Notes: generated by a model not told the origin, from the sequence alone. A stretch of DNA of 64,000 nucleotides from an uncultured Candidatus Saccharibacteria bacterium (GCA_948477625.1 CAOLNK010000001.1:63946-127945); one strand, 5' to 3'; counted from the stretch's first letter, positions 35,589 to 46,125 are shown. Numbers and translations: made by a program.

Positions 35589-37010
35589 ATGTCAAAAGTT
35601 TATATTTGTACCGCAATCCCTTACGTCAATGGCAATCCTCATATCGGGCACGCTATGGACTATCTTTTGTCAGATGCTTATGCGCGGTTTCGCCGTAACT
35701 TGGGTGATGAAGTGCGTTTTCAGGTTGGTACAGATGAACATGGTAACAAAGTTTATAGTACAGCTCAAAAAAACGGCCTACCAGTTGAAGAATATGCAAC
35801 GCAGAATTCGCATAAGTTCCAAGATTTCATACAAAAGCTCAATATTAGTTATACTGACATAATTCGCACAACTGATCCTGAGCACGTGCGCCGTTGTCAA
35901 GAAATTTGGCAAAAGTTGTCGCCCCATATCTATTCGGCAGAATACGATGGTTGGTATTGTGAGGGTTGTGAACGGTTTATTACGCAAAAGGAATATGAAG
36001 AAACAGGCGGTAATTGCCCGGACCACCAGAAGCCCTATGAGCGTTTGACCGAGAAGAACTACTATCTCCGCATCTCTGATTTTAGAGACGAAATTCGCGC
36101 TCAGATTGAAAGTGATCAGATGAAGATTTTGCCAGAGTTCCGCAAGCAAGAAATGTTACATTTATTGGAAGATACACTCGATATTTCCATTTCTCGCCCT
36201 AAGAAACAGCTGAGTTGGGGCGTACCCGTACCTGGTGATGATTCGCAAGTAATGTACGTCTGGGTGGACGCTTTATCAAACTATATCACGGTTCTAGGCT
36301 ACCCCGACCAAGATATCTCTGATTTTTGGCCTGCCACCGCACAATTTGTGGGTAAAGATATTTTGCGCTTTCATGCTATCACCTGGCCAGCAATTTTACT
36401 AGGTCTTGGTTTACCACTTCCGCAAAACTTGGTTTCACACGGGCATGTTCTTAGTAACGGTCAAAAAATGAGCAAGAGTCTAGGTAACGTGATTGACCCG
36501 ATAGAAGTCGTAGAACGTCATGGGCTTGAGGCCTTTCGTTATTATTTTTCACGTCATATCGATAATTTCATTGATTCAGATTTTACCTGGGAGAAATATG
36601 ACGAAGCCTATAACAATGAGCTCGCTAACGACCTAGGGAACCTTGTGCAGCGCTTAGCTACGCTCTGCTCCAAGAACTCTGTTTCTGGCGTTTCAGACGG
36701 GCGGGGTGAGCTTGCTCCGGAATATATGACCCTGATGGATAAGTTCGAGTTCGCTAAGGCATTTGATTATGTCTGGACGCAAGTCCGAGAGTTGAATAAA
36801 GATATTGATCAAACTAAACCATGGGAGCTAGTTAAAAAGGGTGAAACGGATAAAGCACAACAGGTGTTGCGTGAGCTCGTCGTAAAAATAATGCAGACGG
36901 CTCAACTACTGGAGCCATTTTTGCCAGGCACTTCCGCTCAAATCTATCAAATCTTTGGCAATACTGGTATTATCCAGCGTCCAGAGACACCACTATTTCC
37001 TAAGGCTTAG
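35589..37010 (+). CDS. metG: methionine--tRNA ligase (short form)
   Basis: HIGH motif (NGNPHIGH), KMSKS, and a CxxC...CPDH knuckle. Confidence 0.9.
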   Translation: MSKVYICTAIPYVNGNPHIGHAMDYLLSDAYARFRRNLGDEVRFQVGTDEHGNKVYSTAQKNGLPVEEYATQNSHKFQDFIQKLNISYTDIIRTTDPEHVRRCQEIWQKLSPHIYSAEYDGWYCEGCERFITQKEYEETGGNCPDHQKPYERLTEKNYYLRISDFRDEIRAQIESDQMKILPEFRKQEMLHLLEDTLDISISRPKKQLSWGVPVPGDDSQVMYVWVDALSNYITVLGYPDQDISDFWPATAQFVGKDILRFHAITWPAILLGLGLPLPQNLVSHGHVLSNGQKMSKSLGNVIDPIEVVERHGLEAFRYYFSRHIDNFIDSDFTWEKYDEAYNNELANDLGNLVQRLATLCSKNSVSGVSDGRGELAPEYMTLMDKFEFAKAFDYVWTQVRELNKDIDQTKPWELVKKGETDKAQQVLRELVVKIMQTAQLLEPFLPGTSAQIYQIFGNTGIIQRPETPLFPKA

Positions 37011-38962
37011 TTTTCTTTAGCCCAATAGCGTTCGCCGCTCAATATATCATAGTTCACTAATTCGTAAGCGCGCATTATGTCATTATCTACCGGAGATTTG
37101 CTCTCAAGATAAGTGCGTGCTAAAATCGGCTCCACTGCGCACACTTCATCCAAAAGATACATCAACGTTGGTTTTTTAACGTCTAGTAAATTATAGAGTG
37201 CATTTACCAAACAATTAGGTGTGGTGGTTGGCAAGTCGACATTGCCAGTCTTAATTTCCAGCCCTTGCTTAGCATATTGCTGTTTAATCTCCTTCTCGGT
37301 GTATAGCTCATTCTCCAAATCAAAATTATCATAAATAAAATATGGAGTTATGTGTGCTAAATCAGTATCAACTTTGTCTGGCGAAGTCATATAAGCTCCA
37401 AGAATACCAGCCGCATGGTCTCCAAACCATAGAACCACAGTTTTTTCATTTAGCTTATCTAATTCTTTGATAAAATCGCCCAAGTACTTATCCGCATTGT
37501 GTAGGCTTTGAAAACTATGTTCTAGAGCTTCATTGGGAAATTCTCCCGTAATCTTGTAATCTAATTGCGTGTACCCTGCAGTGTCATATGGCGTATGATT
37601 CTGCATAGTTGAAGCACCAATCAGTTGCGGCTCATCAGAATTCTCCAAAATGTCCAAAATTTGTTGATAAATCGAACTATCGCTAAGATAGCCTTGACCA
37701 TTTTCTAATTCATCATAATCCAGCTTATAAATATCAATAAATTTCTCAAAACCGAGTTTTGGATAAACAATGTTACGCTTATAAACACTTCCATCAAAAC
37801 CATGAATCGCAAGAGTTCTGAAGTCGTTATCCAAAGCCCAACTTGCTACACTATCTAAAGCTGGTAACTTCGGAACGGTATTAATGTATTGCATGCTATT
37901 TGCCCAGTAATTCGACAACCCAGTGAACATTTCGAATTCAACGTTGGCCGTACCGCCACCGTATTCTGGAGAATACATATACCCACTGGGATACTTTTCA
38001 AACAGTTTACGGAGATTAGGTAACGGATCCCCACCTGTATGGGGATAATGTTTTGCTAAAACTTCAGGGTCGTAAAAAGTTTCATCCAGAACGATGATAA
38101 TATTGTCCGCCACATCGCCAATATCCTTACGTGTAGTATCGGATTCTTTTGTAGCAGTGTACTTCTCATAAATCTCTTTTATACGAAGCTCATTATAATC
38201 ATCGGGCTGCTCCATCTCGAGCCCACCGAGGTTATAGAGAAAGCCAATCAAAAAACCATTCTTCTGGTAATTTCCAGCTTGATTCCAACTAATGAAGTCG
38301 GTGTCCATTATTTTTACATATTGATCGCCAGTCTGCTTGTGGTGCACAATAAAACTCGTTGTCATCATCAGCGCAACCGCTGAAAGCAGAGCAAACGTAG
38401 TACGTGGGATAATTGACCATCGTTGCCACCGCGGCATACCAACCGTATCGCGGCCGATATGCTTACGCGCATAGTATTCTAGCATTCCGCTACCAACTAA
38501 AATGAAAATTACACCTAGTACTAGCCGTCCGATTCCCCAAACATCAACAAATCCCGCCACCTCACCTAGGTTACTAGCCATTTGAAAATCTTCTGGTAGG
38601 AGTGGGGCTTGCCTGGCTTTATACTTCTCCATGTTTATGTATGTTATGATGCTAATAATTGCAAAAGTTAGACCGGTGCCAAAGAACGTACACCAACAAA
38701 GGGAGACTATAAAACTCAAAATCAAAAATAAGAGCATGCAACTATACCAAAAAACCAATGGGTTTGATAGTATCCACTCCCATGTTGCATCAATATCGTT
38801 CATACGATGGCGCACCTCAATAAACCATGCAAATAGTACAGAAATAGCCATTAAAAAAACAACCGACAGCAGAACTCTTAGGCATCCTGGCATAGTATGA
38901 CGTTTGCTGATGTGCGATTTTGAAGAATCTGCATCTATTTGTTTGGGTATGTTCTTAGCCAT
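37007..38962 (-). CDS. LTA synthase family (sulfatase-domain) membrane protein
   Basis: Five N-terminal TMs plus a sulfatase-like domain (IIVLDETF, MQNHTPY, WFGDHA). The start is at MAKNIPK, 6 nt after TGCTATAAT. Its stop overlaps the metG stop (convergent). Confidence 0.75.
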   Translation of the reverse strand: MAKNIPKQIDADSSKSHISKRHTMPGCLRVLLSVVFLMAISVLFAWFIEVRHRMNDIDATWEWILSNPLVFWYSCMLLFLILSFIVSLCWCTFFGTGLTFAIISIITYINMEKYKARQAPLLPEDFQMASNLGEVAGFVDVWGIGRLVLGVIFILVGSGMLEYYARKHIGRDTVGMPRWQRWSIIPRTTFALLSAVALMMTTSFIVHHKQTGDQYVKIMDTDFISWNQAGNYQKNGFLIGFLYNLGGLEMEQPDDYNELRIKEIYEKYTATKESDTTRKDIGDVADNIIIVLDETFYDPEVLAKHYPHTGGDPLPNLRKLFEKYPSGYMYSPEYGGGTANVEFEMFTGLSNYWANSMQYINTVPKLPALDSVASWALDNDFRTLAIHGFDGSVYKRNIVYPKLGFEKFIDIYKLDYDELENGQGYLSDSSIYQQILDILENSDEPQLIGASTMQNHTPYDTAGYTQLDYKITGEFPNEALEHSFQSLHNADKYLGDFIKELDKLNEKTVVLWFGDHAAGILGAYMTSPDKVDTDLAHITPYFIYDNFDLENELYTEKEIKQQYAKQGLEIKTGNVDLPTTTPNCLVNALYNLLDVKKPTLMYLLDEVCAVEPILARTYLESKSPVDNDIMRAYELVNYDILSGERYWAKEN

Positions 38963-39038
38963 AAGACTATTATAGCATATCTTCGCTACAAAAAGTGATA
39001 CCTCCTCGGAGGTATCACCTAAGCTAATCTGGTTAGCC

Positions 39039-39944
39039 TTATTTATCGCAGACGCAGTCATCTTCGCAAAGATAACCACCGGCCGAAAGTTTAGTTGCAA
39101 CATCAGCAATGTAGAAGCCAATCACGCCACCAACCATTGGAAAGACCACGTAAGCCGCCAAGGCAAGGCCGGCCATACCGAGCAACTCACCGATACCGTC
39201 AGCAGTAGTTGGCAAAATTTGATACATCAAAGCTGCAGCTGGGTTAAAAATGAAGCTATCAGCAAGACCGAAGTAACCATTAGCAATGATTGTAGCAACA
39301 ACAATAACAAGCGTCATGGCACCAGCGATTGCAAAAGCAAAAGTTAACGGGTTCTTGCGGACGTAGCGCAAAGTCCGGGCGAAACAGAACGCAATAATAA
39401 CTGCGCCGAGGAGCTCAACCAGAGCCACGACCCAGAAAGTTTCACCGGTAACCTCTTCCATCATTGGCAATTCACCAACCGTGCCGCTGCTGAGGCGAAA
39501 AGCGTTGATAATAATCAATCCAATCCAGGCACCAAGTACTTGTGCCAAGATATACAAAACGCCACGAATAGCAGACATGCGACGAGTAGCCATCATGCCA
39601 ACCGTAATGATTGGGTTAAGGTTAGCGCCGGACAAACCAGCCATCATAACATACACCGCAACTACGGCGAAAATTAGATAAAGTGGTTGCGCCAAGCCCA
39701 AAGTGAGCAGGAGCATCACAATCATCATAGTACCGAGCAACTCAGCAATCAGAGCGCCCCAAATCCGTGGTGACTTAAAAATAGTTAATATATTTTCGTT
39801 CTTGTCGCACTTGCGAGCGAAGAAGCCCTTGAGAGAAGGCTCGGCGCTGGCTGTCTGGACTGCTGGCGTAGCGAGAGCTTCTTTCTTGGCCTCTGGTTTG
39901 GTAGAAGGCTTCTTTGCTACCTTCTTTGGCTTTTGGTTTGCCAT
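39039..39944 (-). CDS. MIP/aquaporin-family channel with Lys-rich N-terminal extension
   Basis: Two NPA-type boxes (NLNPII and FNPAAA) and six TMs. An AAGGAGG SD lies before MANQKPKK. Confidence 0.8.
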   Translation of the reverse strand: MANQKPKKVAKKPSTKPEAKKEALATPAVQTASAEPSLKGFFARKCDKNENILTIFKSPRIWGALIAELLGTMMIVMLLLTLGLAQPLYLIFAVVAVYVMMAGLSGANLNPIITVGMMATRRMSAIRGVLYILAQVLGAWIGLIIINAFRLSSGTVGELPMMEEVTGETFWVVALVELLGAVIIAFCFARTLRYVRKNPLTFAFAIAGAMTLVIVVATIIANGYFGLADSFIFNPAAALMYQILPTTADGIGELLGMAGLALAAYVVFPMVGGVIGFYIADVATKLSAGGYLCEDDCVCDK

Positions 39945-40040
39945 TTTTACCTCCTTAGATAATATTGACCTCATTGTAACACATATATGCTACAATTGTA
40001 AGCATGAAGTTAAACATAAGAGATAATTAAAGGATGTTGT

Positions 40041-40268
40041 ATGGGCATTATGGTGTCAAAAGATTTGGAAAATAATTCAGAATTAAATCGTCGTATTAGT
40101 TCGGACTTGCGCGCTCGTACACAGGCTATAGAACGACGCAGTGATCCAGACTTTGAAGAAGATTCGGCCTACATTGAAGATACAAAGAAAACAGGCAAAT
40201 TTACTTGGGTTTGGATTGTCCTGATTGTTTTGGCGGTGATTTCTCTAATTAGTATCTTGTTCCTCTAG
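40041..40268 (+). CDS. small hypothetical membrane protein (75 aa)
   Basis: C-terminal TM (FTWVWIVLIVLAVISLISILFL). The gene is directly upstream of pheS. Confidence 0.4.
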   Translation: MGIMVSKDLENNSELNRRISSDLRARTQAIERRSDPDFEEDSAYIEDTKKTGKFTWVWIVLIVLAVISLISILFL

Positions 40269-40286
40269 GTGTGCTATAATATATAC

Positions 40287-41234
40287 ATGTCAGAATTAGA
40301 GAAATTGCGAGCTGAACTCAAACAGCTAAATTCGGAGTACACCAAAATCAAAACTTTACCACCAGAAGAACGGGGTGAATTTGGTCGTACGATGAACCAG
40401 AAAAAACAAACACTTTTGGCAAAAATTGCTCAAGCTGAATCCGAAGCAGAAAGCGCGGACGTCGAATCACTGGATATTTCTGCTCCCGCAGCACCCAATC
40501 AACCTATACCAGTAGTTAAGCGGGGGACTAAGCACCCCCTAATGATTGAGCTTGATCGTGTAACCCAAGTTTATTCTGATATGGGTTTTGACGTGATGGA
40601 ATCGCGACAGTTGGATGATGAATATCACATGTTTGACAGTCTCAACTTTCCCGCAGGGCATCCTGCTCGTGATGGTTACGATACTTTTCGTACTGCCGAG
40701 GGTTTTATTCCACCGGCACATACTTCTACAATGCAACATCGCGCACTCAAAAAATACAAGTCTAAATTGAAAAACGGCGGGCAAATTGCTGTAGTAATTC
40801 CAGGCCGGGTTTTTCGTAACGAAGACGTTGACGCCACCCATGAACATACATTTTATCAGTGCGAAGGCGTTTTTGTCTCTAAAGATGCTACTATGGGACA
40901 AATGTTCGGCGTACTCAAACATTTCTTTGAGGCATATTATGGACAACAGCTCAAAATTAAAACCCAGCCTGGCTACTTCCCATTTACTGAACCATCGGCC
41001 GAGCTTTTGATTGAAAAGCCTGCTAGCCTGGGTGGCAAAGGTGGCGATTGGTTAGAAATGTTGGGTTGCGGCATGATTCACCCGAACGTACTCAAAATGG
41101 CTGGTATTGACTCTGCCAAATATCACGGTTTTGCATGGGGCGGCGGTATCGACCGTCTAGCTATGCTTAAATATGGTTTGAATGACGTCCGCTATTTTGA
41201 ATCTGGTAAACTTGATTTCTTGGAGGAATTTTAA
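40287..41234 (+). CDS. pheS: phenylalanine--tRNA ligase alpha subunit
   Basis: Class II motifs (FPAGHPARD, RNEDVDATH, GFAWGGGIDRLAM). TGCTATAAT lies 6 nt upstream. Confidence 0.95.
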   Translation: MSELEKLRAELKQLNSEYTKIKTLPPEERGEFGRTMNQKKQTLLAKIAQAESEAESADVESLDISAPAAPNQPIPVVKRGTKHPLMIELDRVTQVYSDMGFDVMESRQLDDEYHMFDSLNFPAGHPARDGYDTFRTAEGFIPPAHTSTMQHRALKKYKSKLKNGGQIAVVIPGRVFRNEDVDATHEHTFYQCEGVFVSKDATMGQMFGVLKHFFEAYYGQQLKIKTQPGYFPFTEPSAELLIEKPASLGGKGGDWLEMLGCGMIHPNVLKMAGIDSAKYHGFAWGGGIDRLAMLKYGLNDVRYFESGKLDFLEEF

Positions 41235-43681
41235 TGCGAATTTCATTGAATGCAATTAAATCTTACGTGCAGATTCCGGAATCGGTTTCTAATCAAGAGC
41301 TAATTGAACTAATTGGCTCGCGCCTGGTAGAAATCGAGGAAGTAATTAACCTTGAACCACAATACCGTGGCTGTTATGTTGTAAAAGTAGTAGCCTGTGA
41401 GCCAATTCCTGACACTCATCTTAGCTTATGTCAAATTGACGCTGGCGCCCATAATGCGGAATTTAACCAGCTGGAAAACGGCTTGATTCAAGTTGTGTGT
41501 GGTGCACCGAATGTCCATGCCGGGATGCTGGCAGTGTGGATTACGCCCGGAGCAATTGTGCCTTCAACTCATGGCAATGAAAATTTCAAGCTAAGTGTGC
41601 GCAAACTGCGCGGTTATGAGTCGAACGGCATGCTCTCTGGCGCTGACGAACTGGGTTTTGATACCGAACACAAGTCTATTGCCGAAATCGATCCAAAAAT
41701 GGCTCAGCCAGGTGACGCTCTTGCCGATGTCTTTGACTTAAATGACGTTATCTTAGATGTTGAAAATAAGTCTCTCACACATCGCCCAGACTGTTTTGGT
41801 TTGGTTGGTTTTGCGCGCGAGATTGCTGGAATTTTAGGTATCGACTTTCAGGAGCCACCAGTTTTTGCTAATTTGCAGACTATCAAAGTTGCCAGCAGTG
41901 AGCAAGTCGAGCTGGATGTAGAGATTACTGACGCCGAACTCTGCCCGCGCTATTCCTGCGCGGTGTTTGATATACCAAAGAACGCGCCAAGCAAATATCT
42001 CACTCCTACCGCGGTTTTCTTGGCTAAAGCTGGCATGCGTGCGATTGATCCAATGGTCGACCTTACTAATGTCCTAATGCTCAAAACCGGCCAACCTTTG
42101 CATGCGTTTGATTATGATAAGTTAGTCGGCGTTGGCAATAGCAAAACTCCCAAAATTATCGTGCGTGCTGCCGAAGAAGGTGAACAGTTGCAACTACTTG
42201 ATGGCAAAACCATCGCTTGCACTCCCGATGATATTTTAATCACGTCTAACAATGTTCCGGTCGCTTTGGCTGGCGCCATGGGCGGTAAAAATACTGAAAT
42301 CGACCCAAGTACTGCACGTGTTGTGCTTGAAAGTGCCACTTTTTCGCTGTATCGCTTACGTAAGACGCAAATGGCGCACGGGATTTTCTCCGAAGCTATC
42401 ACTCGCTTCACCAAAGGTCAGCCCGCCGCTGCGACCTTACCAGTTTTGGCTGAAGCAGTACATCAGCTAGAAGTAGAGCCGCTCGCTGTGGCGGATGAAT
42501 ATCCCGGCAAAACTCCAGAAAATGTTATAAAAATTACAACAGAACAAATCAACCAACTTCTAGGTACGAGTTATGACGAAAAAACTATTTGTCAAAGTCT
42601 TACTAATGTCGGTTTTGTAGTAAAGCCCGGTGCCGCACTACAGGTTACTGTGCCAGCTTGGCGCACCGACATCCATCTTCCAGAAGATATCATTGAGGAA
42701 GTAGGGCGCCTGCTTGGCTACGACAATATCCCACTCACCTTGCCCACTAAGCCTTTCTTGGAGCCTGAAGTGGATGCCATGGTTCAGTTTAAACATGAGC
42801 TTCGTGAAATCCTCTCTGGTCGTCTTTGTATGAATGAACTGTTGACTTATTCGTTTGTGCATCGTGATTTGTTGACCAAAGCTGGTAAAGACCCCGAAGA
42901 TTGTTATCAGATTGTCAATTCGATTTCACCAGACTTGCAGTGCTTCCGTTCCGAGATTGTCCCCAGCCTGCTTGATAAAGTTCGCGAAAATCTCAAAGCT
43001 GGGCACAAAGGTTTTACGCTTTACGAAATGAACCAAGTTGCGCGCAAAAGTAGTGGGTTGACCGAAGAAGGTACGCCAATCACCAAGACACATCTTGGTA
43101 TTGTGTCTACGTCAGATTTCTATGCCCTCAAAGCTCAGGTTCTTGCGATGTTCAATGAGCTCAAAATCCCCGTAGAATATACCGCGCTTTCCAAAGAAAC
43201 TGCCACGCATCACCCTTATCTCGAACCTAAGCGCTCCGCTGAACTCTTTCTGGGTGGTCAAAATATCGGCGCTTTCGGTGAAGTGCGTACGCACGTGCTT
43301 CGTCAGTTTAAGCTTGATCCGGTCATTTCGGCCCTGGAGCTTAGCTTGGAGAAACTTGCTACTGCTCCACGTACTTTGCAAGCGCAGGTGCAGCTATCTA
43401 GGTTCCCATCGGTTGAGCGCGACCTTACGCTCAAAGTAGCCAGCGACGCTCCTTTTGGTCGGGTTGCTAAGTTGTTGGACGAGAGTCTTAGCCAACAAGG
43501 TTTATATTTTACGGTGACACCAGTTTCAATTTATCAGGCAAAAAGTAGTCAGGATACCAAGAATCTTTCCTTTCATATCAAATTCTCCAGCCCCGCACAA
43601 ACTTTGAACGCTGCCGAAATCTCTGCTATAATGGATAAAATTACTCAAGACGTGACATCAATTGGTGCGACGATTGTATAA
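41234..43681 (+). CDS. pheT: phenylalanine--tRNA ligase beta subunit
   Basis: tRNA-binding, B3/4 and B5 domain order, with VCGAPNV and ENKSLTHRPDCFG. It is coupled to the pheS stop (TAATG). Confidence 0.95.
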   Translation: MRISLNAIKSYVQIPESVSNQELIELIGSRLVEIEEVINLEPQYRGCYVVKVVACEPIPDTHLSLCQIDAGAHNAEFNQLENGLIQVVCGAPNVHAGMLAVWITPGAIVPSTHGNENFKLSVRKLRGYESNGMLSGADELGFDTEHKSIAEIDPKMAQPGDALADVFDLNDVILDVENKSLTHRPDCFGLVGFAREIAGILGIDFQEPPVFANLQTIKVASSEQVELDVEITDAELCPRYSCAVFDIPKNAPSKYLTPTAVFLAKAGMRAIDPMVDLTNVLMLKTGQPLHAFDYDKLVGVGNSKTPKIIVRAAEEGEQLQLLDGKTIACTPDDILITSNNVPVALAGAMGGKNTEIDPSTARVVLESATFSLYRLRKTQMAHGIFSEAITRFTKGQPAAATLPVLAEAVHQLEVEPLAVADEYPGKTPENVIKITTEQINQLLGTSYDEKTICQSLTNVGFVVKPGAALQVTVPAWRTDIHLPEDIIEEVGRLLGYDNIPLTLPTKPFLEPEVDAMVQFKHELREILSGRLCMNELLTYSFVHRDLLTKAGKDPEDCYQIVNSISPDLQCFRSEIVPSLLDKVRENLKAGHKGFTLYEMNQVARKSSGLTEEGTPITKTHLGIVSTSDFYALKAQVLAMFNELKIPVEYTALSKETATHHPYLEPKRSAELFLGGQNIGAFGEVRTHVLRQFKLDPVISALELSLEKLATAPRTLQAQVQLSRFPSVERDLTLKVASDAPFGRVAKLLDESLSQQGLYFTVTPVSIYQAKSSQDTKNLSFHIKFSSPAQTLNAAEISAIMDKITQDVTSIGATIV

Positions 43682-43690
43682 AGGAGGAAA

Positions 43691-44386
43691 ATGGACGAAA
43701 AATCTCTCAAGACTAGCCTATGGCAGCGAATTGCCATCTTGGCGGCGGCTGTAATTCTGATTGGTGGTACTTTGCTAACTTATGTTGCTGTGGTGCTTAA
43801 TAATCCAAGCGGAGACGACACTGAGGCGTTGATTAACCAACTTTCCGAAGAATACACTGCCAAAGGTCAAGAGATTGCGGCCCGCGGCGCGGCACTTTCG
43901 CCTAAGTATTTTGACGATTTTGTTGGCTATAAATCTCAGGTCAAGGCCTATAATTCTGCCAACGCCAATGCTGCAGGACTTGAGATTAAAGACTTAAAGA
44001 CTGGCGCCGGCAAGGAGCTCGGTGACGGCGACACAGACTACATGGCGTATTATATTGGCTGGTGTGCTGATGGTAGTATTTTTAGTTCATCTTTCAACGA
44101 CAATGATAGTCCCACTAGCCTGGCTGCGCCGATGGTTGGCAGTAGTAGTATGATTGAGGGGTGGCTACAAGGTATCGTGGGTATGAAGCTCGGTGGCGTA
44201 CGCCAGCTGACGATTTCCGGTGAATTGGCTTATGCCGACACTCAAGAGATTTGTGGTGGCTATAATTCGCCGCTCAAGTTTATTGTTTGGGCTTTGGAGC
44301 CAGATGCAGAGCTTGTCCAGCTAAATCAAGAGCGATCAATGATAGATATGCAGATTTATTACGCCCTGTACGGCGGAGCGATGTAA
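43691..44386 (+). CDS. membrane-anchored FKBP-type peptidyl-prolyl cis-trans isomerase
   Basis: N-terminal TM, plus the FKBP core (YYIGWCADGSIFSSSF...IEGWLQGIVGMKLGGVRQLTISGELAY). Confidence 0.8.
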   Translation: MDEKSLKTSLWQRIAILAAAVILIGGTLLTYVAVVLNNPSGDDTEALINQLSEEYTAKGQEIAARGAALSPKYFDDFVGYKSQVKAYNSANANAAGLEIKDLKTGAGKELGDGDTDYMAYYIGWCADGSIFSSSFNDNDSPTSLAAPMVGSSSMIEGWLQGIVGMKLGGVRQLTISGELAYADTQEICGGYNSPLKFIVWALEPDAELVQLNQERSMIDMQIYYALYGGAM

Positions 44387-44387
44387 C

Positions 44388-45386
44388 ATGACTGACGTTG
44401 TGATTGTTGGCGGTGGTCCAGCTGCTCTCACAGCGGCACTATATCTAGCGCGAGCCGGACGCTCAGTCAAAGTCTTTGAACGTCGCGCTTTTGGTGGGGA
44501 ATTAAATCAAACCGCTAAGATTGCAAACTACCCAGGTTATGAAGGCAGTGGGGCTAAACTCGCCGAAAAATTTCGCAAGCAAGCTGAAGCCGCCGGTGCT
44601 GATTTATCCTATGGTGAATGCACCAAGATTGAGTTACTGGACAATAAAGTCGCAGCCAGCACTGCGACGGCGACGCGCACTGATGACAATGGTTCTAAGA
44701 GTGTAAAAGGTACTAACGGGTTTGAGCTTACCATAGATGGCGAGTCGGTCCGCGCGCGTGCGGTGCTCGTCGCCACCGGCTCTGAGCCCAAAACGCTCGG
44801 TTTCGAAATTACGCCACCAGTATCGTATTGCGCACTTTGTGATGGCGACTTCGCTAAAGGCAAGCGCGTCGCCGTGTTGGGCGGCGGCAACGCCGCCGCC
44901 CAGGAGGCGCTCTATCTCGCGCCCCTCGTGCACAGCATCGACCTTATTACTCACTCCGCCCTCAAGGCCGATGCTGTGCTCCAGCGCGAGCTAGAGCGCC
45001 AGTCAAATATTACTATCCGCGAGCATCTCGAGCCCGTGCGAGAGCTGCTCGATACTTATGATTACGTTTTTGTTTTTATTGGTAAGCAACCATCCGCCGA
45101 GTTTCTCCAAGATCTTACCGTGCGGACTTTAGTTAACAAGAAAATGAAATTACTTGATTTAGAAATCACCAAAGAGCTTGATCTACTCGACGATGATGGT
45201 TTCATTGTGACTGGTCGTACTAAGCACGGCAACAACAAGCATTGCAATACGCATGAAACTGCTATTCCAGGCCTTTTTGCCGCTGGCGATGTGCGTTCGG
45301 GGATGCTCCGCCAAGTGGTTACCGCTGCCGGTGACGGTGCCGCCGCGGCCACCGAAATCAACGAATTCCTCCGCCAAAACAGCTAA
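44388..45386 (+). CDS. trxB: thioredoxin-disulfide reductase-like flavoprotein (lacks canonical NADPH HRRxxxR motif)
   Basis: FAD motif (VVIVGGGPAALTAALY), redox CALCDG, GGGNAAAQEA and GLFAAGDV. The position of HRRDxFRA reads THSALKAD. Confidence 0.75.
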   Translation: MTDVVIVGGGPAALTAALYLARAGRSVKVFERRAFGGELNQTAKIANYPGYEGSGAKLAEKFRKQAEAAGADLSYGECTKIELLDNKVAASTATATRTDDNGSKSVKGTNGFELTIDGESVRARAVLVATGSEPKTLGFEITPPVSYCALCDGDFAKGKRVAVLGGGNAAAQEALYLAPLVHSIDLITHSALKADAVLQRELERQSNITIREHLEPVRELLDTYDYVFVFIGKQPSAEFLQDLTVRTLVNKKMKLLDLEITKELDLLDDDGFIVTGRTKHGNNKHCNTHETAIPGLFAAGDVRSGMLRQVVTAAGDGAAAATEINEFLRQNS

Positions 45387-45463
45387 AAGCAATCAAAACT
45401 ACCCAAAAATAGCCACTTCATCTCCAAAACGCTTGCTAAAGCTCTGGAATAAGCATAAAGATA

Positions 45464-45492
45464 TTGACAAAACTGAATATCTGTGATACAAT
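45464..45492 (+). promoter_or_regulatory. consensus promoter P4 (TTGACA-17-TGaTACAAT)
   Basis: Same class as P1-P3. The ~120-nt leader has alternative hairpins. Confidence 0.6.
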
Positions 45493-45618
45493 GGAGGTAT
45501 AAGGCATAATTCGCGCCTTATCGTAACCGCAAAACTACAGTAATTGCGGCAGTTTTGCAAATTAAAAAGGTACTACCTAAAAACGTTTCAAAAAATGTAC
45601 AATAAGGGGGTAAATAGT

Positions 45619-46125
45619 ATGTTAATGTACGTATTGTCTTTAGTTCTTTGTGCTCTGTTCGGAGCACTGGCAGCCGTATATGTCGGCTACCGTCATCAGT
45701 ATACAAAGAGCGGTGATGAAGTATGGTATGACGTGAGTACTGCTTTTATTGTTGTCGCAATCTGCGTGATTGCCTGTTTTGGTCCACTTGATGAATTGCC
45801 GTTGGACGGACAGTCCGTCTCGGGCGACATATTCATCGTGAGCGTCATAACGGTGATGATATGGTATCAGAAATTTTTGATACACTGTGCCATATGGGGC
45901 GAAAATTTGCGGTATCCGCCTTCTGTGCGTAAGCGTCTTCGTCGTGAACGTAAAACAAAAAAGCAGGTCATCACGACTAAGGCAATCGCTCGCGCTATCC
46001 GCATAGCAAGGGCGCAAGAGGAGGCTGAGAATTATGAGAATGAGCTGGAAAGGGTATCCTTTTTGGTCGACGGTCTTGAGTTGATAATTTTGAAAGCTGA
46101 AGATGACATCGATAAAACAGCCTAA
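45619..46125 (+). CDS. hypothetical membrane protein (168 aa; 3 TM plus basic/coiled C-terminus)
   Basis: The start is at MLMYVLS, 9 nt after AAGGGGG. Confidence 0.55.
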   Translation: MLMYVLSLVLCALFGALAAVYVGYRHQYTKSGDEVWYDVSTAFIVVAICVIACFGPLDELPLDGQSVSGDIFIVSVITVMIWYQKFLIHCAIWGENLRYPPSVRKRLRRERKTKKQVITTKAIARAIRIARAQEEAENYENELERVSFLVDGLELIILKAEDDIDKTA

